The translations under genes and the position numbers were made by a program. A stretch of DNA of 64,000 nt from Laetmonice hystrix (taxonomy: Eukaryota): contig OZ249436.1 in assembly GCA_965235115.1 (NCBI GenBank), forward strand, positions 9,364,001 through 9,428,000. The letters run 5' to 3'. The stretch's first letter is position 1. Each line of letters opens with the position of its first letter. Shown here one piece after another: positions 24,293 through 37,785 of the stretch. The notes under the pieces were generated by a model, which had not been told where the DNA came from, searched no databases, and saw nothing but the letters and a program-made list of their open reading frames with translations.

Positions 24293-26365
24293 TACTAGAT
24301 ACGTTATGGAGTACCACAATGGATCCCATCCCCGTCCCATCCAACATGTTCTGAGTAGGGATAACTATGATGCTATCTTGCACCCTTGACGACGTATAAA
24401 TCTTGGTCTCAATGGAAAGAGCGTAATATGACTTTCTGTTCATGTTCAAAAGTAATTATGGGCCTATCTAGCACCGTTTAACAGTTATGAGCCTCTGAAA
24501 TGCCTCAGAAAAGGTAAATGATATCATAATGACGTAATACGTCAGCCAACATAACAAACCTTGGTGTCAATTGAAAGAGCATGAGTTCCTATTCATGTTC
24601 AGTAGTAACCATGGTTATTTCGCCCTGATTTTGAGTAATAGGCCTTAAAATATTGATGACATATTAATGACGGCAGTATGACGTCACGCTACGTCATGAA
24701 TCTTGGTGTCAACTGAAAGAGCATGTATGACTTCCTATACGTGTCCAATAGTAAATATGGCTCTATCTAGCTCCGTTTAAGAGTTATAACAGTTACAGGC
24801 CTCTGAAATTCGTTACAAAATGCCAATAACATAATGATATAATACGTCATGGTACGTAATCAATCTTGGTGTCAATTGAAAGAGCATACATGACTTCTTA
24901 TTAGTGTTTAATAGTAACTTTGGCTCCAACTACAACCATTAACAAGTTATAATCTTGAGAAAATATGGATGACATCGTTATGATGTCATAGGTCACGTGA
25001 CCTGAAAAGTAATGGTGCCAAATGAAAGAGCATATAAGACTTCCTATTAGTGTATACTAGTAATGTTGGCTCTAACTTCAATCATTTACAAGTATCCCTG
25101 AAGAATATGGATGCCATCCTTATGACGTCATAGGTCACGTGACCTAAAAAATAATGGTTCAATAGTAATTATGACCCTATCTGCCACCGTTTGTGAGGTA
25201 CAACAATTTGTTACTGAAACGGCTATGACCCCAAGTTTAATGTTACGTGATACTCTTAAAATAGGTCATATCGCTTATCCCTGCGAGGGGGGGGGGAGAT
25301 TTAGCTCCCTATGGAGACTTGTTCTACCAAATATTGTCAAATTTTATATGAAAAAATGGGGAAGCAGTAGCGATTTGACAGATTTGTGACCTTGGCCCCA
25401 GTTCTCCCTAAGGCCGATTTCGTCCTCACCGTTTGCACTGATTTTCGTGTTTGTGTCCGAATGTACGAAACTCAGTGCATGAGATGAAATTGGAACAAAC
25501 GGTGAAGATGAAATCCGAATGTTAGATACTCAATTTTATTCATCATTATTCTTTTCTGCACCAACCATGTCAAACTTGTCAAATGATGAATACAATTGAT
25601 TATCTAACATTAATTTCGTCTTCCCCATTTGTTCCAGTTGCATCTCATGCACCGACTTTCGTAAGGCCTACCTATTAACTTGGTCCAAGGATGCATTTGG
25701 GTTGTGGAGGGAAACAATAATAATTCGGTCATCATTCAGTCCCACGCTGACAGCGATATCCATAGTCACGAGTAGCATAATTATAGTCTCTGCTATTATA
25801 GTGGTATGGGACAAACAATTTTTTAGGGGGGTGGGGGTGAGCGAGTTTTTGTTGCTACCGGCCTGCAATGGGCGTTTTTGTTTTGAGGACAATCATCCAC
25901 CCCGTTCTTGGCAGTGTAAGCCCCACATCTGGTCCTACTGGTCCTTGGCCATGGGTCCCAGTTCCCCCTAAGGTTAAAGATCAACGGTCAAATGAAGGGT
26001 CAGTTTTAGGCAAGACCTTGCCCCATTAAAACGACATGATAGATATTAAAAATTCCCAATGTGAACTTTTAAAATGGCCCCAAATGTACCAAACAGGTTT
26101 GACATCATGACGTGACGTCACGTGACGTCATGACATCAAACCAGACTTCGTCATGGTCAAGATGTGTGCCAGGTTTGATTGAGATGTTTTGAAAAATGAC
26201 TGAGATGGACATAGTGTTTACTACAAGCACAGACACCCAATTTCACGATCCTACCCCCTGACAATTTCAATATCCCTTCCCCTATCGGAGGAAGGGATAA
26301 TAATAATAGGGAAGACGAAACCACACATTCCCAAGATCCCATCCCCCTGTAGGGGGATGGGATAA
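24293..26365. mobile_element. Helentron/HINE-like composite: ~150-bp diverged core repeats and terminal hairpins
   Basis: TTGGTGTCAATTGAAAGAGC...GACTTCCTAT...AATAGTAA...GGCTCTA recurs near 24403, 24561, 24703, 24866 and 25012. Stem-loops at 26271-26299 and 26336-26363. Boundaries are uncertain and this is probably more than one element. Confidence 0.5.
25464..25663. mobile_element. Foldback/MITE-like element with ~83-bp imperfect inverted arms
   Basis: 25464-25547 is the imperfect reverse complement of 25582-25663. Confidence 0.7.
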
Positions 26366-26708
26366 TTATAGTCAATAACTCAAATACATTTACGTTGTAG
26401 TTACTCGTGCCTATATTTTTGATGTAGTAATGTGTACCAACTTGGTTAATAATTCTCGCATAATCATAATGCATGCCTGGTCTACTCATTCATTAAGGAT
26501 TTGTTTTGTCTGTCTAGGCCTAGGGCCTACTGCTTCATTATGGATACTCTGCAGGCCGATCCCGTTTTACAATGGGTGGAATTTATTTGTCACTTTGTAT
26601 GGACTGATTGCTGCACACGGTAACCAATATCCCTAACAACTGTTGTTATGGGTCGTTAGAGACCGTGGTACCTCGTTCCCATTACTGCTTGGTCAGGAGC
26701 CATAAAAA

Positions 26709-27374
26709 TCTGGTCGGCACAACGCAGATCTAAGTCATGCTGCCATGTGTAAGGCTATACTCAATCCCTTACCATTGATACACGTCTGTGATTGGACGTA
26801 TACCCTTACCATTGATTGATGTATCAAAACAGTGCAGATCTAAGTCATGCTGTCATGTGTAAGGCTATACTCAATATCTGGTCGGCACAACGCAGATCTA
26901 AGTCATGCTGCCATGTGTAAGGCTATACTCAATATCTGGTCGGCACAACCCAGTGCAGATCTAAGTCATGCTGTCATGTGTAAGGCTATACTCAATATCT
27001 GGTCGGCACAACCCAGTGCAGATCTAAGTCATGCTGCCATGTGTAAGGCTATACTCAATATCTGGTCGGCACAACCCAGTGCAGATCTAAGTCATGCTGC
27101 CATGTGTAAGGCTATACTCAATATCTGGTCGGCACAACCCAGTGCAGATCTAAGTCATGCTGCCATGTGTAAGGCTATACTCAATATCTGGTCGGCACAA
27201 CCCAGTGCAGATCTAAGTCATGCTGCCATGTGTAAGGCTATACTCAATATCTGGTCGGCACAACCCAGTGCAGATCTAAGTCATGCTGTCATGTGTAAGG
27301 CTATACTCAATATCTGGTCGGCACAACCCAGTGCAGATCTAAGTCATGCTGCCATGTGTAAGGCTATACTCAAT
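26709..27374. repeat. Minisatellite, 63-bp unit, interrupted at 26766-26830
   Basis: TCTGGTCGGCACAACCCAGTGCAGATCTAAGTCATGCTG... x~10. Confidence 0.95.
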
Positions 27375-28393
27375 ACACCATTCAGAGTGCAGTGCTCTTA
27401 GATACCACACAATGAGGTCTAAAAGAAGTAAAAAAAATGTGTCCATTGTTGCAAAACAACGCTGCAAAATAGGCTGTAGCTTACCAGTGCTTACAGAAAT
27501 GGTCGTTGTCCCCCTCTGAATTATAACATCCTGCCGACGTCCATGCATACTACATGCTTAATTTACATAATTTTGCGTATGTGCCTAAAAGGTCTCCTCG
27601 GGATACGAGGTAGTGTGTTGAGTAGTGAATAGCGGTGGCAGGCAGGCAGTAGTATAGAGGAGTGTCATCCATCCTGTGTTGGGAAACGTGAAACTGAAGA
27701 TGGCCCGGAGCAAACGAGAGGAGCGGACAACATCAGTGTCTATGTTGGCACAGTGAAAGGGAGCCCCTGCTCTGTCAAGGCGTTATTTGTTACAGCTACC
27801 ACGCAACGGTACACTCTACCCGGCCCCTATGTCAGCAGCAGGTATAATAATGTATAATAAAAGTACTCATATCTAAACATACAAACACGCAGGCTACTTT
27901 CTTCTCTAAACGTACGTACGTACGTACCTACATGTACCTACCTACCTACCTACCTATACCTACTTGTATACCGCCTATCTATACCTATACATAAATACTA
28001 TAAAATTATTTATTTAAGAGAAGGTCAAAGTAATACTGACAATTACAAACGCTTACTTTTGAAAACATCTTGTGACATTTACGCTGCACCGACGCAAGTT
28101 TATTATAGAGTTATTAATACACGACTCAGCAATTTCAATTTACCTTTTTTCTTTGAGATACAAAACGGTATAGGAGCGAGGAAAATGATACTAGGATACA
28201 CTGTGGCTGGTCATATTGTCGGTTAGACATTCGTACGTCATACGTTACAGTAGACGTGGTGGTCGAGTCAGCATGTATGGTCAACCAATGCTATGTCCTT
28301 GTCATTACCGAATAAAGAATCAAGCTGAGATCGGGCGTGTTCGGGGAAACGAGTTGTGCTTATACGGGACTGTCGCATAGAGTCAAGTCACGC

Positions 28394-28561
28394 AATTATA
28401 CTGAAATATACGTCTCGACAATTATTCTGAAATATACGTCTCGACAATTATATAATATACGTCTCGACAATTATATAATATACGTCTCGACAATTATATA
28501 ATATACGTCTCGACAATTATATAATATACGTCTCGACAATTATATAATATACGTCTCGACA
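28394..28561. repeat. Tandem repeat, 23-26-bp unit x7
   Basis: CAATTATATAATATACGTCTCGA repeated. Confidence 0.9.
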
Positions 28562-29942
28562 TCTTGCGTCAGCTGCTGTTCAAAGCTCTTAACATTCTGG
28601 GTAGGCATGCAAAACTAACTATCGAGTTGCCAAGAGATGGCGTGCCACCTGCCATCTTAAATATAAACCACAACCACAATCAACCCCCTCAACACATACA
28701 CCTTCACCATGTTTGCTGCCACAGACCTACAACTTCCCTTTAAGAGTTTTTCACTTCTACATATGTAATTCCATCACGCATTATATAGCGTTCACAGGTA
28801 GAGATATCTGTGAAGCAACTATAGGGAAGATTGTATTATTATGATAACACTGGTGAATGGCATGTAAATACATAATACACAAACTATACTCATTCACACA
28901 TGCAGGATTCACACATGCAGGATTCACACATGCAGGATTCGTATTTCTTATCGGTAATTTTCAAGACGAGAAAAACTACATGATCAGGACATCCTACGTC
29001 TTCTGTTACTATATTAGAACTTTATATGCACAAATGTATATAAAGAGATAGGTCTGGTCGCATGAGGTAGTCTCAGACTATTACGCTGGTTGAGACTGTC
29101 ATGGTGATACAGTCAAGGAACAGTCCCGGGATCGCGAGGAAGGGTTGAACTCTTGCGAGCCCTGCACTCGCTCCTCCTGGCCGCCAATCGATACCGCTAG
29201 ACTGGCTGGGTCGTTGTTGCACAGCTCCATCCCAATGCCCCCTCCTGGTCATCCGAGCAATCTTCAAACTGCCTGCGACTGACATGTCAGTTTAAGGAGC
29301 CTAACTGTCGCAATTACATGACCATAAGCGCATAACACGATTATTTCGTCAGTATCACCGCTACACCTTGCCTCGGTAGCAAATATCGCAAATAGCCTGT
29401 CTGGTGCAGCATCAGAAGGCGGGACGGCTTCTTTTTCGTCCAGATTAACATTTCATGGCGAGTGCCTTGCGGAAGTGACCCGATGAGCTATGAGGTTGCC
29501 AGGGAGACACCATCCTCCTCCCTACCAAAGTATATTCTTTTCTCTCCGAAAACTACCCAGCATAATTGATTTTCAGTAGGCCGAGTCTATATATGAGATT
29601 CATGAAACGTTAGAGATTAACAAATGCTTCACAGCACAACTGTTTTTGTCCTACTTTGTCACGGTTGGCGTCTCTAGTACTCAACCAAGCACACATGTGT
29701 GTCTCAGAAACGAAAACAACAGATGCCTACGGATAAGATTTTATCCTCGATGCTCGATGCAGACACTGTTGTTTTCACGTATTGGCCCTGCCCTGTTCAG
29801 CCAATCAGTGTGTCACATAGCTTTCCTGGCTTTAATTCTTACCTGTATGAATTAGATTATTTGTCTTTTCAATTTTTTAACGGTCAGGCAAACCAATAGG
29901 GACAAGAGGTGTAATGTTTGTTTTACAAGCCCATTTCCTCTG

Positions 29943-30460
29943 AATCACGAATGTGTATCAATGGTAAGGGTATACGTCCAATCACGAACGTGTATTTATA
30001 AATGGTAAGGGTATACGTCCAATCACGAACGTGTATTTATAAATGGTAAGGGTATACCTCCAATCACGGACGTGTATCAATGGTAAGGGTATACGTCCAA
30101 TCACGGACGTGTATTTAAATGGTAAGGGTATACGTCCAATCACGGACGTGTATCAATGGTAAGGGTATACGTCCAATCACGGACGTGTATCAATGGTAAG
30201 GGTATACGTCCAATCACGGACGTGTATCAATGGTAAGGGTATACGTCCGATCACGGACGTGTATCAATGGTAAGGGTATACTCCAATCACGGACGTGTAT
30301 CAATGGTAAGGGTATACGTCCAATCACGGACGTGTATCAATGGTAAGGGTATACGTCCAATCACGGACGTGTATCAATGGTAAGGGTATACGTCCGATCA
30401 CGGACGTGTATCAATGGTAAGGGTATACGTCCAATCACGGACGTGTATCAATGGTAAGGG
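29943..30460. repeat. Minisatellite, 37-bp unit
   Basis: ACGTGTATCAATGGTAAGGGTATACGTCCAATCACGG x~14. Confidence 0.95.
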
Positions 30461-30780
30461 TTCCTATCGCATTCCAAGAGGATTTTGATGCAGAAATCGG
30501 TGGAATTCAAACCCGCCTCGCGACTACATTAAAAAGCCGGGAGGTCAGAGACCTTTTGGCCCCATGGAAAAGCCGGACCCGGTGTCTCGTGCGGCACAGA
30601 TCATGGTATTGGATTAGCGAAGCTTGGTGAATAATGGCGCGACCAACAGTATGTGACTCCCGGCTAGATGCGGCGGTAGGGGCTGGCCATCGCCCACCAC
30701 CCACCGCCCCGCCACTGGCCACCCGCGCTCACGTCAAGATACTCCAATCTAATACCGCCTACTGTCTACTTGTATCTCGC

Positions 30781-31110
30781 AATATATATCACTCCTCGGA
30801 GTTGTCATTTAATATATATCACTCCTCGGAGTTGTCATTTAATATATATCACGCCTCGGAGTTGTCATTTAATATATATCACGCCTCGGAGTTGTCATTT
30901 AATATATATCACGCCTCGGAGTTGTCATTTAATATATATCCCGCCTCCGAGTTGTCATTTAATATATATCACGCCTCCGAGTTGTCATTTAATATATATC
31001 ACTCCTCGGAGTTGTCATTTAATATATATCCCGCCTCGGAGTTGTCATTTAATATATATCACGCCTCGGAGTTGTCATTTAATATATATCACGCCTCGGA
31101 GTTGTCATTT
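30781..31110. repeat. Minisatellite, 30 bp x11
   Basis: AATATATATCACGCCTCGGAGTTGTCATTT repeated. Confidence 0.97.
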
Positions 31111-32313
31111 CGAAATTAGACCAACCTCCTTCAGAGGTTGTGAAATATAACCTTCTTATGTACGCATGCGCATCCAATATAATTTTTGAGATGGGTGATT
31201 TTTGAATTCCGTGATTTGGGTCACTGGCCTTTATAAATCAGTCATAGTTCGGTCATCCATATCTAAACTATTTTAGCGACAGAATGAGTCATTTAAATTA
31301 GTTGAATTCAAGTTATTGAACGTTTAACCCACCTATATTTTGACATTTTATTCGACTTTATCCATATCAACCTTAATTATATTTTCATCTCCGTGGCGAT
31401 TGTTGACTCCGTAAACAAGAAAGACTGACTGGTATTTAAATCAAACATTATATTCAATACAATATTGGGTTATCACTATTATTTTATATTATAATTCAAT
31501 GGAAGTGAACCCGTTAAGAAAACCATAACATCCAAGTTGTTGTGCTGTTGTACGCAATCATTGAGGACTTGGTTGGGACGCTGTGCAGGGGCTGACCGGC
31601 CCCCACTGGGCGATTTGTATCCGCAGAACTCACACGGTTACAACGGCCAAGAACCCCCTGTGTATCGGATCCATCATGCAAGGGCAGAATTGGGACACGT
31701 CACTGATATCCGTGAAGAAAGACTATTTAAAGAGATCTGTGAACGACCCCGACCTGCAGCCAAACAAGGCCAAATGGGGTCATAACGTATAATTTTTCCT
31801 GTCAGTCCTGTACAACTGATTGCCACGTAATGCAGTTTCCACAGCTGCCTCTACATCTCGGTTTCAGTTTCTCTCCCGGTGTAGGTTCCATAGTGGGCAG
31901 GGGGCAGTTTCTTAAATTTGGTCAAGTATTTGCGTGCCCCTGATATATTGGGCATGAGGGTACATGCCTTAGCGTCCAATTAAGTATTTTTGACAGAAAT
32001 TCCATATCCCACGTGGCGTTTCGCACACAAAACGTGTAAATCGCTTGTTAGAAGCAGTTTAGTCCCACAACATTCTATCTTTACGCATGAAATTATTGGC
32101 ATTTTCTGAATATAAAATTGGCCTATATGTCTATGCAGTCTTATACTGCCAGAAACGTTCAACCTCCCCTCCTTCACCGGAATATTTTTTTCGCAGCTGG
32201 CTCGTCAAAAATAAGGATTTAAGTGATTTGGTGGATTGATCAGAGGCGTGAGAGGAGGGTCAGACTGGAAAGTAGGCCATTAAATTTTCGACAGTCCCAG
32301 TTTAGACAGTAAA

Positions 32314-32889
32314 GTTACAAAGTGAGATGTTTGGTACAAGTGATGATAACAGTTAAGTTATAAAGTGAGAGGTTTGGTGCAGTGATGACGACAGTTATAA
32401 AGTGAGAGGTTTGGTGCAGTGATGACGACAGTTATAAAGTGAGAGGTTTGGTGCAGTGATGACGACAGTTATAAAGTGAGAGGTTTGGTGCAGTGATGAT
32501 GACAGTTAAGTTATAAAGTGAGAGGTTTGGTGCAGTGATGACGACAGTTATAAAGTGAGAGGTTTGGTGCAGTGATGACGACAGTTATAAAGTGAGAGGT
32601 TTGGTGCAGTGATGACGACAGTTATAAAGTGAGAGGTTTGGTGCAGTGATGATGACAGTTAAGTTATAAAGTGAGAGGTTTGGTGCAGTGATGATGACAG
32701 TTAAGTTATAAAGTGAGAGGTTTGGTGCAGTGATGACGACAGTTATAAAGTGAGAGGTTTGGTGCAGTGATGATGACAGTTAAGTTATAAAGTGAGAGGT
32801 TTGGTGCAGTGATGACGACAGTTATAAAGTGAGAGGTTTGGTGCAGTGATGACGACAGTTAAGTTATAATGTTTGGTGCAGTGATGATG
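32314..32889. repeat. Minisatellite, 37/42-bp unit
   Basis: GTTATAAAGTGAGAGGTTTGGTGCAGTGATGACGACA, with or without GTTAA. Confidence 0.95.
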
Positions 32890-33208
32890 TAGTGATGAAG
32901 CAGTAGGAAGCCGCACAAGACGTGGGTGGTTGTACTTTCCGTGATAATATGGCTCAGCCTGAAGGCACAGACCAGAATGACTCAGGCCTGACTCTAATTG
33001 GTGCCCAATGTCGTCTGTAAGTCGCCGCCTTGCATGACTACATCGCGACTGGACAACCAGTGGTTCTTACTGGACATGGACACAGCTATTAGCAGTAGTT
33101 CTCCTAACGAGAGACTTGCTATATGATAGCGATGCGTAGTTACAATGGCATGACAACGGTGGTGACTGTCTACGGGCCTTAACTCTCAACCTCTGTTAAC
33201 TGTGCACT

Positions 33209-33616
33209 GAGACCACACAATGAGCACATGGCAAGGCTCATGGAGACCACACAATGAGCACATGGCAAGGCTCATGGAGACCGCACAATGAGCACATGGC
33301 AAGGCTCATGGAGACCACACAATGAGCACATGGCAAGGCTCATGGAGACCGCACAATGAGCACATGGCAAGGCTCATGGAGACCACACAATGAGCACATG
33401 GCAAGGCTCATGGAGACCACACAATGAGCACATGGCAAGGCTCATGGAGACCGCACAATGAGCACATGGCAAGGCTCATGGAGACCACACAATGAGCACA
33501 TGGCAAGGCTCATGGAGACCACACAATGAGCGCATGGCAAGGCTCATGGAGACCGCACAATGAGCACATGGCAAGGCTCATGGAGACCGCACAATGAGCA
33601 CATGGCAAGGCTCATG
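33209..33616. repeat. Minisatellite, 34 bp x12
   Basis: GAGACCACACAATGAGCACATGGCAAGGCTCATG repeated. Confidence 0.97.
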
Positions 33617-33673
33617 ATCCGGGTTACAAGCTTGAAAGGAAAACCGGAAGTGCACATTTGCATGTGGAAGTTT

Positions 33674-34249
33674 TAACGTGGCAGACATAATGACGGTCAC
33701 ATTCCATGGGGTTAGGGGCTGCATGTAACGTGGCGGACAATATGACGGTCACATTCCGTGGGGTCAGGGGCTGCATGTAACGTGGCGGACATTATGACGG
33801 TCACATTCCGTGGGGTCAGGGGCTGCATGTAACGTGGCGGACATTATGACGGTCACATTCCGTGGGGTCAGGGGCTACATGTAACGTGGCAGACATAATG
33901 ACGGTCACATTCCATGGGGTCAGGGGCTACATGTAACGTGGCAGACATAATGACGGTCACATTCCATGGGGTCAGGGGCTGCATGTAACGTGGCGGACAT
34001 TATGACGGTCACATTCCATGGGGTCAGGGGCTGCATGTAACGTGGCAGACATTATGACGGTCACATTCCATGGGGTCAGGGGCTGCATGTAACGTGGCGG
34101 ACATTATGACTGTCACATTCCATGGGGTCTGTGGCTGCATGTAACGTGGCAGACATAATGACGGTCACATTCCATGGGGTCAGGGGCTGCATGTAACGTG
34201 GCGGACATTATGACGGTCACATTCCATGGGGTCAGGGGCTGCATGTAAG
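33674..34249. repeat. Minisatellite, 52 bp x11
   Basis: TAACGTGGCGGACATTATGACGGTCACATTCCATGGGGTCAGGGGCTGCATG repeated. Confidence 0.95.
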
Positions 34250-34693
34250 CTTAACAGTGGCCCTTCTCGCTCCGTATCGCTGTTCCGTTTCATACATATT
34301 TATCTAGTTGTTTATTTCTAAGCGCAAGAATACTAGGTGAGACACAAAGCACCGGTACAGTTAGCCCCTACTGCCTGCCTCTTGCCAAATCTCTTGTCAT
34401 GCTTTATCAATGCCCGGAGGGAGTGGGTAAAGGGATTGCATTGAACATGATTGGAGGACTCACTGTGCACTACTACATGGCTTGAAATCTGGGAGGAGGC
34501 AGATAATCAAAGTGGGCGCGGGCTGTCATATCAGTCCCCATCATAATTAGCTAGTGATGATGGGAGATCGTCTGCACAGGGAAATACTCGGCCACATCAC
34601 CTACCGAAATTAGTTGGCAACGAACAGAGAGGGGGAAAAACGGCCGATGCTGTGTCATAAGGATAGCTCTCCAGGAATGAATATAGTCAGTGC

Positions 34694-34694
<1 letters not shown>

Positions 34695-34778
<84 letters not shown>
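34695..34778. repeat. (TAA)28 microsatellite
   Basis: Directly visible. Confidence 0.97.
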
Positions 34779-34780
<2 letters not shown>

Positions 34781-34849
34781 TCATAACGTTCAGAAATGGA
34801 ATGATTGTTATAATCCAAGAGAGCTAGGGAAACAGAATAAAAAGCAATA

Positions 34850-35500
34850 AAGACAAAGAATGTTTCTGTTCAGTCCAATCATCTTGACGTTTATAATGAC
34901 GGTGCCATAATCATTGAAAAGATTGGGATTAACACAAAAACTAGCCTCAGTGCACGCAAAAACTATGAATGCCGCCATTTTTGCAAGTCGACAATCAAAC
35001 GTTGTGTTGTTGTGGTGTAGAGCAATGATTTTCCCGAGAATAATGTTGACAATATTCGAATTCTTTTTTCGAACATCTATAATGCAGATACTGACAGAAG
35101 AGCCGCTACTTTGCACAGACCATAATTTGCATATAGCCGTCTGCGTAGGAATGTGAAAAACAACTCTCGGGGTCTCGGAAGCCAAGTAGGTCACTTTCAG
35201 TGACTGAAATAAGATTTGGCGACGTTTGGAATTTCTTGTACATAATACTAGTACCCGCGAGGTCCAAATGGAAAGGTAGGGGAGCTTTGGATCATATCGA
35301 AGAACCGCACTGCATACATAATTTTTGTGAAACGCCACGTATGACTTGAAATTCGTGAGATATTTCCTTTAATGCACTTTTTGTACAAACCGGTATGACA
35401 TATTCCTGGTCGTATTACATACTCATACCTTCCCCAACAATGAAGACGTTACGAGCCGATCTGGGACTTTGTGGTCCCGTTTTTGCTTGCCATTTACAGC
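34850..35500 (-). mobile_element. Decayed CR1/L2-group LINE reverse-transcriptase relic
   Basis: ORF 34808-35338 reads TQTAICKLW...GSSVSICIIDVRKKNSNIVNIILGK...MAAF, aligning by eye with STTxAL...G..VRIxFxDFRKAFDxVxHxILLxK...WIxxFL. Confidence 0.5.
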
Positions 35501-36089
35501 CCTTGGGAAGTCCCAACTCTTAACATTTTGGTTTCAATTTGGTACAATGCTGCTGAGGTCAATTTCGCCATTCAATAGAAAGCTAAAAGTAATCTGTCAC
35601 TTTGACCCAATTTGGGCAGAGGGCGAGGGTATGACCTTGACCTGTTATCCACGGTCTTGGGAGTCAGCAAGGAGTTGGACGAGAGGATAACCAAAGTTAA
35701 CAAATAATATACATTTTTCGCCTCTACATAGCTCAAGATTGTAGTTCTGGCAATTGTCAAAATTATTTACTGAATCGTCTCTTACCTCATTGGGCTAGAA
35801 GAGATCCAGCACGAAACCTGGCCAGACGTACACATCCAATACTCTGGAACTGTACCATATAATTCAACTGGGAAATATGTGGCTGGATTGTGCCAGTTTA
35901 AGAAGCAGTGCACTATTAGGGTTATACTTCTTCTTTCTCTAGCTTGACCTCAGTTTGACATTTCGTTGTTCATATACAGTCATTGAAAGGGCTTCTCTTT
36001 GACAAATGGGTTCCCTTTGTTTGAGGGAGACAACGCATGTACATATATACACGACGTATAACGCGTTCAGGTCCCGCCTATGCCCCTCG

Positions 36090-36121
<32 letters not shown>

Positions 36122-36143
36122 CTCTGCCTCTGTCTCTCTCTCT

Positions 36144-36187
<44 letters not shown>
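36090..36187. repeat. Imperfect (CT)n microsatellite
   Basis: Directly visible; source of the RE/SL-repeat ORFs. Confidence 0.95.
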
Positions 36188-36189
<2 letters not shown>

Positions 36190-37670
36190 GATGACTGACA
36201 TTCAGGCGAGATATATAATACAAGAATGATATTCCAAGGTGCTCCTTATATGAGGATCATACGGGGAAAGGACCGTTATCTTTACGTCCAACGCTATGCT
36301 TACTTCATACATGTGAAAATATAAAATGTTATTGACCTGTTTGTTGTCTTTCCCCTTTATCTTTCTATACACCTCAGATTATGTCCACATGTGGCCTGAA
36401 CGAATGCTCACTCCGCCCGTACGTTGTTTCTTGATTTCCATCGCCTCCGTACCCTTATCTAAACACCACCGACCATATTCCTAGTGCATATCAACACTTA
36501 AAATCGTGTTTTCTTATATTCTCAGCACGGATGGCTCGTCAAGCATGAAAAAACAAGGCAAGCTTTGAACCCCTATCAACGGCAACCAGCTTGAAGGCGA
36601 GGCTAAACCCACAAACGAGTGGGGAATCAATTGGCCGCCGTTGGCTGAACGGGGAGGGCCAAGGTACGATATCGGACAACGTTCGATGTCCCTCCAAATA
36701 GTGTGAACATTCTCAACCCAGCCATTACCTATCGGGTACGCTGAGTCAATATGTAGCGGAAATTGTAGCTGGACGCTGGTGGCGTAATTTTTCTAGAATC
36801 CCTTCATCTCGAGTTATAATCCTTGCCTGTTTGCTCAGCTCGAGTAGCACGGTATGGAGATGTTCAGGCAGTAAGGAAATGACGTCTCGATCCACCACTG
36901 TAATGTGTCGGTCCAATAGCAAAAAAACAAAAACAGAAGATACAGCCCCACATCCTTTCGCTAGTATTCTCCACCAACAGACCCCATCACGTTCCTGAGA
37001 ATAAGACCGACGACATTAACCTGCTTTAGCTTCAAGATCCACCTCAGCTCCCGGGAGAAATTCTTCAGTTACAACAGAAAATCAGGTTATATGTTGGTTG
37101 TCCGATTATTTCAGACTCTGCAGGGCCTGGGGGTCACAGTGGTTCTGTCCACAGTGGGAAGCCACAGGAACCTCAATGTCATGTTATTTTTCCTCTGGCC
37201 TGTTGGAGAAACAGTGCTGAACATCTATATTTGATCTATTGATCTCGGTTGTTTCTGCCCAGGTCACAGGTTTCTGTCCAGGTCACAGTCTCAGTTAAGC
37301 AGAACGCCATCCGTATCTCTACTGCATGTAGATGTCACTGAAATACATTATAACCTATACGTTACATTTGCTGCCAGATTCCGGCGCCTAGCATAAAGCT
37401 ACTTGTATCATAAAAACGACGCGTTTCGTATCTGTATTCATGAGGACTTGCTTCTATTCAATGTACATATACACTATTACATGACCAATACCTGTGCCCC
37501 GTCCAGTGAAGATATATAGAGCTCCCAGAATACTTGTATGTCATCTATACTAACCAGATTCTACTATGAAAGTCTTCTTAACTTTAACCCAAAAAGACGA
37601 TGATAAAGTTGCACATTATGAACAAATAGTAAGGTGAAAGCGTGACGTAATATAGGCATAGTGTTGATTG

Positions 37671-37785
37671 CTATGAAGTGTTGGTTGTTATGAAATGTTG
37701 GTTGCTATGAAGTGTTGGTTGTTATGAAGTGTTGGTTGTTATGAAGTGTTGGTTGTTATGAAGTGTTGGTTGCTATGAAGTGTTG
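37671..37785. repeat. Tandem repeat, 17-bp unit
   Basis: ATGAAGTGTTGGTTGYT repeated about 7 times. Confidence 0.9.

Noticed and set aside
15278..31150. Repeat-peptide ORFs at 15278, 26847 and 30634/30770
   Set aside because: Unit lengths of 45, 63 and 30 bp are multiples of three, so these are minisatellite artefacts.
34551..34784. Poly-Leu membrane-protein ORF
   Set aside because: It is the translation of the (TAA)n microsatellite.
34808..35338. 176-aa ORF as a host gene (e.g. a GPCR fragment)
   Set aside because: Better explained as decayed LINE reverse transcriptase; no ATG start or splice signals.
36850..37200. LINE ORF1 gag-like relic on the plus strand
   Set aside because: The zinc-knuckle cysteines are absent and the similarity is too faint.
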